Shown here: positions 18,055 through 27,877 of the stretch, one piece after another
How positions within the stretch are numbered: the first letter of the stretch is position 1
How the letters are laid out: each line of letters begins with the position of its first letter
Assembly (NCBI GenBank): GCA_963711565.1
Contig: CAVQEQ010000003.1
Span: 1,280,001-1,344,000, forward strand
Direction of reading: 5' to 3'
Source of the DNA: an uncultured delta proteobacterium
Lineage (GTDB): Bacteria; Desulfobacterota; Binatia; Binatales; Binataceae
Length of the DNA stretch: 64,000 bases
Translations under genes and position numbers: made by a program
The notes under the pieces: model-generated
Database searches by the model: none
Seen by the model: only the letters and a program-made list of their open reading frames with translations
What the model was told of the DNA's origin: nothing

Positions 18055-19479
18055 ATGGCTGAATTTCCGAAAGCCCGCGATTTCTTCGAGTCGAGCAGCG
18101 CCGCTGTCGCCGACCACGAGTTGCGGCGCAAGCTCGAGAGCGCCAGCGCACGGCATCTCGATCACTTCGCGCAAGTCAAAGCTGAGTTCCCGCCGTACGA
18201 CGACGAGCGCGAGACGGCGCATCGAATCAAGACCGACGCGATCGCGCATCTCGACGAATTGCTGATCGAGCTGACGTCGAAGCTCGAAGCGCGCGGATGC
18301 AAGGTGTTCTTCGCCGAGGATGCCGCGCAGGCGCGCGACTATATCGTCGCGCTCGCGAAGGCCAAGGGCGCGAAGAACGTCGTCAAGGGCAAGTCGATGA
18401 CGACGGAGGAGATCGATCTCAACGACGCCTTCGCCAAGGCCGGCATCGACGCGGTCGAGACCGACCTCGGTGAGTATATAGTGCAGCTTCGCCACGAGCG
18501 CCCGTCGCATATCATCACGCCCGCGATTCATCTGTCGAAGGAAGACATCGGCCAGCTCTTCACCGACAAGTTCGGCATCGAGTACACCGCGGAGCCCGAG
18601 AAGCTCACGGCCGAGGCGCGATCGCGCTTGCGCGCGATTTTTCTGGCGGCGGACTTCGGCGTCACCGGCGTCAATTTTGCGATCGCGGAAAGCGGCACGC
18701 TGATCGTCGTCGAGAACGAAGGCAACGGGCGCCTGTCGAGCACGATGCCGGAGACGTTCGTCGCCGTGATGGGAATCGAGAAGGTCATCCCGCGGCTCGA
18801 AGATGTGAGCCATTTTCTAGAAATACTGGCGCGTACTGCGACTGGGCAGAAGCTGACGACCTACACCAGTTTCATCACGGGGCCGCGGCGCGAGGGCGAC
18901 CTCGACGGGCCGGCCGAGATGCACGTGGTAATCCTCGACAACGGGCGCAGCTCGATGCTCGCCGATCCGATCCTGCGCGAGGCGCTGAATTGCATCCGAT
19001 GCGGCGCGTGCCTGAACGTATGCCCGATTTACCGGCGTATCGGCGGCCACGCGTATCGCTCGGTGTATCCGGGCCCGATCGGATCAATAGTCAGTCCAAA
19101 TCTTTTCGGCAGCGCTGCCGGTTATCTGCCGTTCGCCTCGACGCTGTGCGGCGCGTGCAAGGACATCTGTCCCGTGAAGATCGACATCCCGCGCATCCTG
19201 CTCCATCTGCGCTGGAAAGAAAGCACCGGTAAGCATCCGCTGAAATGGCCTCGCGCGATCGAGCGGGCGCGCCGGGGAGCGCGGCGGTTTGCGAAGACGG
19301 CGCGGTATCCGCGGACGACTCGCGCGCTTGGAAAGTTTGCCGCGATGGTGCTGAAACCGTTCGCGCACAATGGTTATCTGCGCCGGATGCCGGGACCGTT
19401 CGGCAACTGGACCAAGTATCGCAACTTCCCGCGGCCGCGTCCGCATAAGCGTCCCGAGCCGGAGCGCCCGCCGAGCTGA
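18055..19479 (+). CDS. lutB: L-lactate utilization Fe-S protein LutB/LldF
   Basis: KGKSMTTEEI, ETDLGEYIVQL, PSHIITPAIH, CIRCGACLNVCP and STLCGAC.DICPVKI. Confidence 0.93.
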   Translation: MAEFPKARDFFESSSAAVADHELRRKLESASARHLDHFAQVKAEFPPYDDERETAHRIKTDAIAHLDELLIELTSKLEARGCKVFFAEDAAQARDYIVALAKAKGAKNVVKGKSMTTEEIDLNDAFAKAGIDAVETDLGEYIVQLRHERPSHIITPAIHLSKEDIGQLFTDKFGIEYTAEPEKLTAEARSRLRAIFLAADFGVTGVNFAIAESGTLIVVENEGNGRLSSTMPETFVAVMGIEKVIPRLEDVSHFLEILARTATGQKLTTYTSFITGPRREGDLDGPAEMHVVILDNGRSSMLADPILREALNCIRCGACLNVCPIYRRIGGHAYRSVYPGPIGSIVSPNLFGSAAGYLPFASTLCGACKDICPVKIDIPRILLHLRWKESTGKHPLKWPRAIERARRGARRFAKTARYPRTTRALGKFAAMVLKPFAHNGYLRRMPGPFGNWTKYRNFPRPRPHKRPEPERPPS

Positions 19480-19481
19480 AC

Positions 19482-20177
19482 GTGGCCGAGCTGCACAAAA
19501 TAATCGCGAGCGTGAAAGACGCGCTCGGCGCGGGCGCGAGGAGCAACAATTCGCACGCCGCGGAGGCAACCGCTGCGGTGCCGGTGTCGCCGTCGGCGCA
19601 GCGCGCGGAGCTCGCGTCGGCATTTACGCGCGAGCTCGAAGAGGTCGGCGGCAAGTTTTTGGGAATAGTCACTCCGAGCGAACTGAGTAATCGAATAGTC
19701 AGTCTCGCCGGTGACATCGGCGCCAAGACGGTCGCGCTCGGACAAGGCATCGCGAGCGACATGGACGCTATTGGCGAGGCGCTCGAGCGCGCGGATTTCA
19801 GAATAGTCCGCACGGTGCCGGTCGCGGACACGGAGCGCGCGGCGATGCGCGCGCGCGTCGCGGAGGCCGAGCTTGGCATCGCGGAGGCGGACTTCGCCAT
19901 CGCCTCGACCGGCACGCTCGCCGTCGTATCGAACCCGCAACGGCCGAGTTCGCTGACGCTGCTGCCGCCGGCGAGCCTTGTGATCGTTCAGATCGATCGC
20001 GTGATGGCGAATCTTGCGGCGGTGCTCGCCGAGTTGGGACCGAATGGCGTCGCCGCAAATCGACTGACCTTGATAACCGGGCCGAGCCGCACCGCGGATA
20101 TCGAAAAGCGAATCGTGCTCGGTGTGCACGGACCGAAGTCGCTGCACGTGATCGTCGTATGGCCGCACGATGACTGA
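19482..20177 (+). CDS. lutC: Lactate utilization protein LutC/LldG (LUD domain)
   Basis: AIASTGTL, SLTLLPP and ITGPSRTADIE...GVHGP. Confidence 0.9.
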   Translation: MAELHKIIASVKDALGAGARSNNSHAAEATAAVPVSPSAQRAELASAFTRELEEVGGKFLGIVTPSELSNRIVSLAGDIGAKTVALGQGIASDMDAIGEALERADFRIVRTVPVADTERAAMRARVAEAELGIAEADFAIASTGTLAVVSNPQRPSSLTLLPPASLVIVQIDRVMANLAAVLAELGPNGVAANRLTLITGPSRTADIEKRIVLGVHGPKSLHVIVVWPHDD

Positions 20178-20892
20178 AGTCCAACTATTCTCGACCTGCC
20201 TCGCCGAAGAATTCTTTCCCGAGGTCAACGACGCGGCCGCGACCGTGCTCGAGCGGTTGCGGCTCAAAGTGACTCCGGTTCGCGGCGCGTTCTGTTGCGG
20301 GCAGGTGGCGTTCAATGAGGGCATGCGCGCAGAGGCGGTCGATCTCGCGCGGCGATTTCTCAACTCCGTTCAGCCGGGCGTTCCGATCGTCGTGCCGTCG
20401 GGCTCATGCACCAGCATGTTGAAGATCTTTTACGGCGATTTGCTCGCCGACGATCCCGCACTCGCCGCCAAGGCGATGGCGATTCGGCCGTGGGTGTTCG
20501 AGCTGTCGCAGTTCATCGTCAACGTGCTGAAAGTGAAGTACCTCGGCGCGCGCTACGAGCGTGCCGTCGCCTATCATCCGTCGTGTCATCTGATGCGCGA
20601 GCTGGGAGTGCGCGCCGAGCCGATGACTCTACTTAGCGCGGTGGTGGGAATCAAAATTTGCGAAGTGCGCGATCGCGAGGAGTGCTGCGGCTTCGGCGGG
20701 ATGTTCTCGGTGAAATTCCCGCACATCTCGGCGTCGATGCTCGAAGACAAGATGGCGCGCATCAAAGAAAGCGGCGCGGAAGTGGTGGTCGCGAACGATT
20801 GCGGATGCTTGATGCAGATCGGCGGCGGATTGAGCCGCGCCGGCGAGAAGATCGAGGTGCGGCATCTCGCGGAAGTGCTGGCTGCGAGATGA
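20170..20892 (+). CDS. lutA: Lactate utilization protein LutA/LldE (CCG domains)
   Basis: FSTCL, CCGQ, PSGSC, YHPSCH, ECCGFGGMFSVK and DCGCLMQIGG. Confidence 0.9.
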   Translation: MTEVQLFSTCLAEEFFPEVNDAAATVLERLRLKVTPVRGAFCCGQVAFNEGMRAEAVDLARRFLNSVQPGVPIVVPSGSCTSMLKIFYGDLLADDPALAAKAMAIRPWVFELSQFIVNVLKVKYLGARYERAVAYHPSCHLMRELGVRAEPMTLLSAVVGIKICEVRDREECCGFGGMFSVKFPHISASMLEDKMARIKESGAEVVVANDCGCLMQIGGGLSRAGEKIEVRHLAEVLAAR

Positions 20893-20909
20893 AGAAGGGC
20901 GCCGGACTA

Positions 20910-21145
20910 AATAACCTCCCCTTGTCCGAGGGGAGGTCGTCGTAAGCCGCGCGCAGCGCGGTGTTGACGGGTGAGGTGCAACGCACGATACCGCAATCAG
21001 CAACTCTTTTGAGCGCGATTCAAGGTACAAGGTCCGCAGCTCGCATCGCCTTCGAGTTTGCATTGGTGAGATGCCGAACGTTGCACCTCACCCTCCGCGC
21101 TCCTTCGGCGCGCGTCAACCTCCCCTCGGACAAGGGGAGGTTATT
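20910..21145. repeat. REP doublet / MITE-like element between convergent genes
   Basis: Perfect 29-bp terminal inverted repeat aataacctccccttgtccgaggggaggt, plus inner inverted repeat gggtgaggtgcaacg/cgttgcacctcaccc around a non-coding spacer. Confidence 0.8.
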
Positions 21146-21152
21146 AAGAGAG

Positions 21153-22862
21153 CTAGTGGCGTTCGTGGACGTATAGGCCTGGGGCTGGTTCGCCTGCTTT
21201 GTACAACTCGCTGCCTAACGTCTTTGGCGCTGGGCGTTCGTTGCCAGAGCGGGCGGCTACCCACTTGATCCAGTGATCCCACCAGGTGCCTTTGTTCTCG
21301 ACTGCGCCCTTGGCCCATTCGTCGGGATCTTCGGGGAGGCGGGCGCCGATGTAGTAGCGGGCTTTGAAGTTGCCTGGGGGATTCACCAAGCTTTGGATGT
21401 GGCCGCTCGAGCCGAGCACGAATTCTATTCGTCCGCCGAACATCCGGGTCGCGCGATAGCATGCGCGCCATGCGCAGATGTGATCGGTCATGCCGGCGAC
21501 GAGGTAGAGATCGTTTTTCACCGCGCGCAGGTCGATAGGAGTTCCCAGCACCGACACGTCGCCGCCGCGGGTCAGCGGATTTCTCAGGAACAGATCGAGG
21601 AAGCCCGCGTGCAGCCTGGCGGGAAGATTAGTCGAGTCGGCGTTCCAATAGAGGATGTCGAACGGCGCGGGATCGTTGCCGAGCAGGTAGTTATTGACCC
21701 AATAGTTCCACACCAGATCGTTCGGCCGCAGCCACGCGAACACGCGCGCCATGTCGCCGCCGTCGAGCACGCCCTTTTCCGCCGAGCGATCACGCGCCGC
21801 CTTGATCGCGTCCTCCGTCGCGAACATCCCGGTCATCGAGGGCAGGCTCGTGTCGAGCATCGTCACCAGCAGCGTGACCGCGTTGACGCGCTTGTCGCCC
21901 GAAGCTGCGAGATACCCGAGCATCAGCGAAGTCGTGATGCCGCCGGCGCATACGCCGAGCACGTTGCAATCGGGACTGCCGGTGATCTCGCAGGCCGCCG
22001 CGATGGCGTCCTTGCACGCGGTCACGTATTCGTCGAGCCCCCAGTCGCGATCGCGCGGCGTCGGATTACGCCAGCTAATCGTGAACATCGGGATGCCGTG
22101 CTTGACGGCGTACTCGACGAAGCTGCGGCCCGGCGCGAGATCCATGATGTAGAACTTGTTGATCTGCGGCGGGATGAACAGCAGCGGGCGTTCGTACACC
22201 TTGTCGGTCGCGGGCGCGTACTGGATCACCTCGCAGACCGGGCTGCGGAAGACCACGGCGCCGGGCGAGAGCGCGAGATTTTTGCCGACTTCGAACGGCC
22301 GCTTATCCACCGTCGAGGGCATGCCGCCGTTGCTCCACAGGTCGCCGACGAAGTTGCGCAGCCCCCACACCACGCTCATCCCCGACGTGTCGAAGGCGCG
22401 CTTGAGCGCGGCGGGATTGAGCCAGAACGCGTTGGTGGGCGCGAGCGCCTCGGTCATCAGAGTGACGGCGAACTTCTGCTGCTCGACTTCCTTCCACTCG
22501 ACGCTTTCATCCTGGTTGACGAGGTCATGCATCGCCGTGCGCCACGCAAGGTAGGCCTGCATCATGCGATGATAGAGCGGATGATCCGTCCATGCGGGAT
22601 CGCCGAAGCGTCGGTCGCCAGCCTCAGGAGCCACCGAGGAGACTCCCGCCGCGATCTGCCCGAGCTCGAGCCACAGTTGGAATGCGCGCGAGGCGACGGT
22701 CGCGGGTTGCGACGCGATATGCGTCATCAGGGTAGCCAGCGTGCCGACGACCTGCGTGGCGTCGAGGCCGACGAACGGATTGGCGCCCAGCAGCGCGTTC
22801 AGCGCGGGATGGTTTTCTTCGGGGGTCAGAATTTCAGGCTGTCGCTTGGCTGCACCGTCCAT
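21153..22862 (-). CDS. phaC: Polyhydroxyalkanoate synthase, class II-like
   Basis: DRRF.DPAW, PPQINKFYIMDL, ISWRNP, lipase-like box GVCAGG, FAWLRPNDLVWNYWVNNYLLG, DHI and SSGHIQSLVNPP. RBS GGAGG precedes ATG 22862. Confidence 0.93.
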   Translation of the reverse strand: MDGAAKRQPEILTPEENHPALNALLGANPFVGLDATQVVGTLATLMTHIASQPATVASRAFQLWLELGQIAAGVSSVAPEAGDRRFGDPAWTDHPLYHRMMQAYLAWRTAMHDLVNQDESVEWKEVEQQKFAVTLMTEALAPTNAFWLNPAALKRAFDTSGMSVVWGLRNFVGDLWSNGGMPSTVDKRPFEVGKNLALSPGAVVFRSPVCEVIQYAPATDKVYERPLLFIPPQINKFYIMDLAPGRSFVEYAVKHGIPMFTISWRNPTPRDRDWGLDEYVTACKDAIAAACEITGSPDCNVLGVCAGGITTSLMLGYLAASGDKRVNAVTLLVTMLDTSLPSMTGMFATEDAIKAARDRSAEKGVLDGGDMARVFAWLRPNDLVWNYWVNNYLLGNDPAPFDILYWNADSTNLPARLHAGFLDLFLRNPLTRGGDVSVLGTPIDLRAVKNDLYLVAGMTDHICAWRACYRATRMFGGRIEFVLGSSGHIQSLVNPPGNFKARYYIGARLPEDPDEWAKGAVENKGTWWDHWIKWVAARSGNERPAPKTLGSELYKAGEPAPGLYVHERH

Positions 22863-22894
22863 ATCGCCACCTCCCTGGTTCCGAGGAATCCCCG

Positions 22895-23902
22895 CTAGCC
22901 TAACAGTTCGAGGCCGTGCTCGAACATCCGCGGCGCGGACAGCGCCGTGTCTTCCCATAAGGGATCGTGACGCTTGCCGCGACGATGGAGCATCAGGTTG
23001 AAGCAGGTGATCACGCCGAAGCGGTAGCCCGCGAATGCGCGGAACCATCGCACTTCGGGAATCGAGACGGGGAAGCCGGCGACTTCGGCGTATGCATCGA
23101 CGATCTCGTCGGCGTTCAGCAACGCGCCGCGAGGGTCGGTGCCGACCCAGCTTGCGGGGTCTGAAAAGAAGCAAATCCAGCCGAGGTCGAGCAGCGTTGC
23201 GCCGACCAGCGAGATTTCCCAATCTATCAGGGCGACGACGCGTTCCTCGTTGAACAGCACGTTCGACCATTGGAAATCGCCGTGAACGCATCCGATGCGC
23301 GCGCCTGCGGGCAGGCTCAAACGGAGGCGCTCGCGCAGTTCAGGTGCGCGCGCCACGACCGCGGGATCGAGCGTCGGCCGATCGAGCAGATAGTCGAGGC
23401 GCTTGAGTTCTTCGCTCAGCGCGAACGGCTCGCCCCATGCCTCACGGCGCGGCTCCCACGGGACGTTGTGCAGCGCGGCCATCGTCGCGATCCCATTGCG
23501 CGCCAGCCGTTTCAAGTGTGCGAGCGGCAGCGTGGATTCGCCCAGCTTGAAGCCCTCGACGAAACCGCCGACGAAGTAGGGACGATCGAAAAACTCGGCC
23601 TCGTCGCCGTACCAGATGATCGGCGGCACTGCGACGGGAGTGTCGGCGAGCGACGCCATCACGCGCGCCTGCCGCACGATGTCGGCGGGGCCTGAGATCT
23701 TTACGCCGGGAGGTGCGATGCGCACGACGAACTTTCCCGCCGGCTTTGCGTCGCGCTCACTGCGTTCGAGGATGAAGCTGTAGCTAAAGCCGGCGTGGCC
23801 CGGCAGCGATTCGAGCGAATGCGCGCGCGCGCCGCCGTCGCCGGTCTTCGCGAGCACCAAGGCGGTAAGCTGCGCGGTTACCTGTTCGATATTTCCGGGC
23901 AT
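22895..23902 (-). CDS. Phosphotransferase family protein (APH/ACAD10-11 kinase-like)
   Basis: VVRIAPP, HGDFQWSNVL, IDWE and G....DLGW. Confidence 0.85.
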   Translation of the reverse strand: MPGNIEQVTAQLTALVLAKTGDGGARAHSLESLPGHAGFSYSFILERSERDAKPAGKFVVRIAPPGVKISGPADIVRQARVMASLADTPVAVPPIIWYGDEAEFFDRPYFVGGFVEGFKLGESTLPLAHLKRLARNGIATMAALHNVPWEPRREAWGEPFALSEELKRLDYLLDRPTLDPAVVARAPELRERLRLSLPAGARIGCVHGDFQWSNVLFNEERVVALIDWEISLVGATLLDLGWICFFSDPASWVGTDPRGALLNADEIVDAYAEVAGFPVSIPEVRWFRAFAGYRFGVITCFNLMLHRRGKRHDPLWEDTALSAPRMFEHGLELLG

Positions 23903-23917
23903 CGCGAGGCGAGCTCG

Positions 23918-24568
23918 CTAACCCTTCATCCCGGTTGTCGCCGATCCGGGATGCAGGCTCGACTTGGCGCTGGGCCGCGAATCGACGCGCTTGAACCATG
24001 CGTTCACATTCTTCAGCGACGGATCGAGCGGCTGCTTGACGCTGCCGCCGAAGTCGAGCGCGCAATACAGAATGATGTCGGCGATGGTGAAGCGGTCGCC
24101 GGCGATATACTGCTTGCCCTCGAGCAGATTGTCGAGCCACTTGAGCTTGTCCTGCACGACGGCCTTCATTCCGGGAGCCGCTTCGGGCAGAACGCGCATC
24201 CGATCTTTGAACATCTGCAAACCTTCGGAGTAGCGGAAGCTGTTATAGAGATGCTCGGTGATCTGCATCTCGACGCGGCGCTGCCATTGGCGGGCTTCGG
24301 CGCGTTCCTCGGCGGTCGCGCCGATGAGCGCGGGGGTCGGGTGTTTCTCCTCGAGATATTCCCAAATCGCGACGGTCTCGCCGATACACTTGCCGTTGTC
24401 GAGCTCGAGCGCCGGCACTTGTCCGCCGGGGTTGCGATCGGTGTAGGGCGGCTTGCGATTCTCCGCCGTCATCAGATCGACCGTCTTCGTGGGAATCGTG
24501 ATTCCCTTCTCAGCCAGGAACATCCGCGTCGCGCGCGGGTTGGGTCCGAACGAATCGTAAAGATGCAT
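23918..24568 (-). CDS. Glutathione S-transferase family protein
   Basis: PNPR..RMFLAEKG, NPGGQVPALELD, ET.AI.EYLEE and YIAGDRFTIADI. Confidence 0.92.
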   Translation of the reverse strand: MHLYDSFGPNPRATRMFLAEKGITIPTKTVDLMTAENRKPPYTDRNPGGQVPALELDNGKCIGETVAIWEYLEEKHPTPALIGATAEERAEARQWQRRVEMQITEHLYNSFRYSEGLQMFKDRMRVLPEAAPGMKAVVQDKLKWLDNLLEGKQYIAGDRFTIADIILYCALDFGGSVKQPLDPSLKNVNAWFKRVDSRPSAKSSLHPGSATTGMKG

Positions 24569-24681
24569 GGGCTGCCTCGCAAAAATTGGACTTCGGCCGG
24601 ACTATACAACAGGCGGCTCGAAAGCGGGAACCGGAATCCGGGCGTGTTGCGCTGGAATGAAGCGGTATATAGGAATTTGTC

Positions 24682-26052
24682 ATGCGATTTTGTCCGCAAT
24701 GCGGTGCGCCCCTGCTGGCTGGAGCGAAGTTCTGCGTCGAATGCGGCCGCGCGCTCGACGCGGCGGCTTCGGGCGCTGGAGAATCCGGACGTGCGCGGGG
24801 CGGCGCGAACATCGGGCGCAATACGATTTCGACGACGTTCGTGTTTGTGTTCGTCGCGCTCGCAGTCGTGGGTCTGGCGGCGGCGGGGTGGATTTACGTC
24901 AAGACGCCGGAAGTAGTGCGCGAGCAAATCGCCGTCGCGCCGCCGGTCGCCAATCCCCCAGGTGCGGCCTCGAGTCCCGGCACTGCGGCGCCCAATACGC
25001 CCGCGTCGGATCAAAACGTCAGCGCGAATCCCGCCGCGGGTGGAACTCAGAACGGTGGTCTGCCGCCGGGACATCCGACGATCGAGCTGCCAACCGAGGC
25101 TCGCAGTTTCGTCGACAAGATCGAACGCGACGCGATCGCCAAACCCAAGGACGTCGTCGCGTGGAACAAATTCGGCGCGGTCTCGATGCGCGCGGCGATG
25201 TTCGATCAAACCTACTACGGCAAAGCCGAGGAAGCGTACGGCCACGTGCTGAAACTGGATCCCGACAACCTCGACGCGCTGCGCGGAATCGGCGATATCG
25301 ACTACGACAAGCAGCATTACGACGAAGCGATCGCCGCGTACGAGCACTACCTGAAGAAGAAGCCGGACGATCCGGAAGTTCGCACCGACCTCGGCACGAT
25401 GTACCTCTACACCGGCAACGCCGATCAGGCGGTCGTGCAATACAAAAAGGCGATCGCCGCCAAGCCTGGATTTTTCCAGGCGTACTACAACATGGGAATC
25501 GCGCTCGCGCAGGAGAACAAGCCCGACGACGCGACCGCCACGCTCAAGCAGGCGATTGCGTTCGCCCCGGACGACACGGCGCGCGAGCAGGTGAAGGAGC
25601 TGCTCGCGAAACTCAGCGGTGCGCCAGCGGCGAGCGCGTCGATGCAAGCCGCGTCCGCGACGACTCCGGCAGCCGCCGCGGCGGCGAAGAGTCCGGCCGC
25701 GGCGAGTTCTCCGGCGGCGTCAGCCGCAGTGGCAAACACCTCAGCGTCACCCGCGGCCGCGACGGCGTCCAGCGGCGACGATTTTCACGACGCGGTGGAA
25801 GAGATGGTCCGAGGCTTACCGATCGCGGGACCCAAGGTCACCACCGTCGAGTGGCCCGACAAGCTCAAGGCCAAGGTCTTTATGGCCGATTTCCCGATGG
25901 ATCAAATGCCTCCGTTCGCGAAGACCAAGTTCCTGACCGACCTCAAGGCGGGAATCGACAGCGCCAAGAAGGACAACAACATCTCGTCGCCGGTCGAAGT
26001 CGATATCGTTGACGGCGCGAGCGGCAACATAATGGAAACCATTACTCAGTAG
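24682..26052 (+). CDS. Zinc-ribbon plus TM plus TPR-repeat protein
   Basis: FCPQCG...KFCVECG, a TM helix, an LPPGHP motif, several TPRs and an Ala-rich linker. Confidence 0.85.
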   Translation: MRFCPQCGAPLLAGAKFCVECGRALDAAASGAGESGRARGGANIGRNTISTTFVFVFVALAVVGLAAAGWIYVKTPEVVREQIAVAPPVANPPGAASSPGTAAPNTPASDQNVSANPAAGGTQNGGLPPGHPTIELPTEARSFVDKIERDAIAKPKDVVAWNKFGAVSMRAAMFDQTYYGKAEEAYGHVLKLDPDNLDALRGIGDIDYDKQHYDEAIAAYEHYLKKKPDDPEVRTDLGTMYLYTGNADQAVVQYKKAIAAKPGFFQAYYNMGIALAQENKPDDATATLKQAIAFAPDDTAREQVKELLAKLSGAPAASASMQAASATTPAAAAAAKSPAAASSPAASAAVANTSASPAAATASSGDDFHDAVEEMVRGLPIAGPKVTTVEWPDKLKAKVFMADFPMDQMPPFAKTKFLTDLKAGIDSAKKDNNISSPVEVDIVDGASGNIMETITQ

Positions 26053-26089
26053 CTAATTGCGCGAATAGCCAGTCGCGCGATGGAGCCGC

Positions 26090-26626
26090 ATGCAGGGAAT
26101 ACTCGTCAGGCTGCGCGGTTTTGAGAAGTCCGACGCCGAAGCGATGAACCGATGGGCCTCCGATGAGGACGTCGTACGCTGGCATGGGCCGCCGGATTGG
26201 CCGGCCTCGCGCGCGCAGCAGGAGCGCTACATCGAACGCGCGAACGCGGCGGATTCCGCGGACAAAGCTTTCGCAATCGAGACGCTCGACGGAAAACTGG
26301 TCGGAGATTGCGGGCTCAGAAAAATCGATTGGAAGAGCCGTAAGGCCGAGTTCTTCATCACGATCGGCGAGAAACAGCTCTGGGACAAGGGTTTCGGCAC
26401 CGACGCGCTCCGAATCGTAATTCGCCTGGCATTCGACAAAATGAATCTCAACCGGTTGTGGCTCACCGTCCTCGCCGACAATCCGCGCGCGGTCCGCTGC
26501 TATGAGAAATGCGGCTTCGTCCGCGAAGGGCTGCTGCGGCAGGAAAGTTTCGTCGACGGAAAGTATCGCGATGTTCATATGATGGCGCTGCTGCGCGAGG
26601 ACTACGATCGAACGCGAGGTGCATGA
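26090..26626 (+). CDS. GNAT N-acetyltransferase (RimJ/RimL type)
   Basis: WDKGFGTDAL, LNRLWL.V..DN.RA.RCYEKCGF.REG.LR. Confidence 0.9.
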   Translation: MQGILVRLRGFEKSDAEAMNRWASDEDVVRWHGPPDWPASRAQQERYIERANAADSADKAFAIETLDGKLVGDCGLRKIDWKSRKAEFFITIGEKQLWDKGFGTDALRIVIRLAFDKMNLNRLWLTVLADNPRAVRCYEKCGFVREGLLRQESFVDGKYRDVHMMALLREDYDRTRGA

Positions 26627-27024
26627 CGATGGCATCGAAATCTCTCGAACGGCTGCGGAAAGTCGCTGATCGGCAGACGCTGCGTCTTACTCACTACGGA
26701 CGCAAGAGCGGCCGCCCGTACGAAGTGACTATCTGGTATTTGGTCGATAAAGATGGGCTATACCTCGTCTCGGCGAATGCCGCGCGCAGCTGGGTGCGCA
26801 ATGTGAAGGTGCGGCCCGCAATCTCACTTCGGATTGGCGACGAAGTCTTCAACGGTGACGTGCGCTCGATTACCGATAAGCAGGAACGCGAAAAAGTGAA
26901 CCGCCTGGTCGAACGCAAATACTGGTACGTCGCCCCGATGCTGCGGTTCGGACAGTTCCTCATGTCGATGGGAATGGTTCGCGACAACACCGCCGCGTTC
27001 GAGGTGATCCTGGCGGACAATTAG
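26623..27024 (+). CDS. Nitroreductase/deazaflavin-dependent (Ddn-like) split-barrel protein
   Basis: LRLTHYGRKSGRP...IWY and SWVRNVK..P.I.LRIG. Confidence 0.75.
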   Translation: MTMASKSLERLRKVADRQTLRLTHYGRKSGRPYEVTIWYLVDKDGLYLVSANAARSWVRNVKVRPAISLRIGDEVFNGDVRSITDKQEREKVNRLVERKYWYVAPMLRFGQFLMSMGMVRDNTAAFEVILADN

Positions 27025-27495
27025 CTACGACGGCTCGCCGCCTTCGGCCACGCGCTTGAGGCTCTCGACCCAGTTCTGATGCCCGCGTACGAGCATCGGG
27101 CGCAAGTACCACGACGCGAGTTTCGGCACCAGTCCGTTCTGGCATTCCTCGGTGACGACGCGGCATCCGCCACGGCCGTCCGGCTCGATCAGCCAGCCGT
27201 GATAAGCGCTCAGCACGCCATGCGCGTCCCATCCGAGTTCATGCGCCGGCTCGAAAACGATCACGCGGCTGGTAACGGTGGCGCCAAAGGTCTTCCACTT
27301 GAATTCATTGTCGGGCGCGAGTTCGGGCGGATTGCCGCGAATGAAATTCACGTTCGCGCTGTTGCTGTACCATTCGGGCCACTTGGCGGCGCGAATCAGC
27401 CATCGCCAGATGCGCTCCGGCGGCGCATCGATCGCAATCTCGTTGCGCGCGTACACAGATGAGTTGTCAGGTTCGAATCCTGCGGGCCATTTCAT
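27025..27495 (-). CDS. SRPBCC domain protein
   Basis: RNEIAIDAPPERIWRWL....WPEWY, F.WKTFG and HQNWVESLK. Confidence 0.85.
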   Translation of the reverse strand: MKWPAGFEPDNSSVYARNEIAIDAPPERIWRWLIRAAKWPEWYSNSANVNFIRGNPPELAPDNEFKWKTFGATVTSRVIVFEPAHELGWDAHGVLSAYHGWLIEPDGRGGCRVVTEECQNGLVPKLASWYLRPMLVRGHQNWVESLKRVAEGGEPS

Positions 27496-27529
27496 CGCGA
27501 TGCTTGCTCCTTCCGATTGCGCATCTCTT

Positions 27530-27558
27530 TTATCCACAGATCGGTCGGTTTTTCCACA
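27530..27558. promoter_or_regulatory. Two tandem DnaA-box consensus matches
   Basis: TTATCCACA (27530-27538) and TTTTCCACA (27550-27558) both fit TTWTNCACA, in the same orientation, 20 bp apart, in an intergenic region. Confidence 0.5.
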
Positions 27559-27615
27559 ACACGAGGCTTTCAGAACTTCTGTCTCGTCTGGTTCCGCACT
27601 AATATCGCCGCTCAA

Positions 27616-27813
27616 ATGACGAAGAAGGAAGCGATGCGGCGCCTTGAAGACCTCGCCCTCGAAACGGGGCACAAGAGGAATTATTACGTCAAGCGAGCGC
27701 TAAACGAATTCCTGGATCGCAACGAGCAGCTTCTCGGGCACCGGCCGACGCGCACGATCGGCTTCTCGACGCTGGACGAGATCCCCTACCGGCTGAATAG
27801 ATTTCAATCCTGA
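27616..27813 (+). CDS. Small ribbon-helix-helix/CopG-like DNA-binding protein
   Basis: RRLEDLALETGHKRNYYVKRALNEFLD fits RHH helices. The start may lie slightly upstream. Confidence 0.6.
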   Translation: MTKKEAMRRLEDLALETGHKRNYYVKRALNEFLDRNEQLLGHRPTRTIGFSTLDEIPYRLNRFQS

Positions 27814-27877
27814 TCCGCCCGCCACCCGGCAGCACTCGTGTATCGACACTATGCCCATAAGGGCATAGGCTTAGGGC

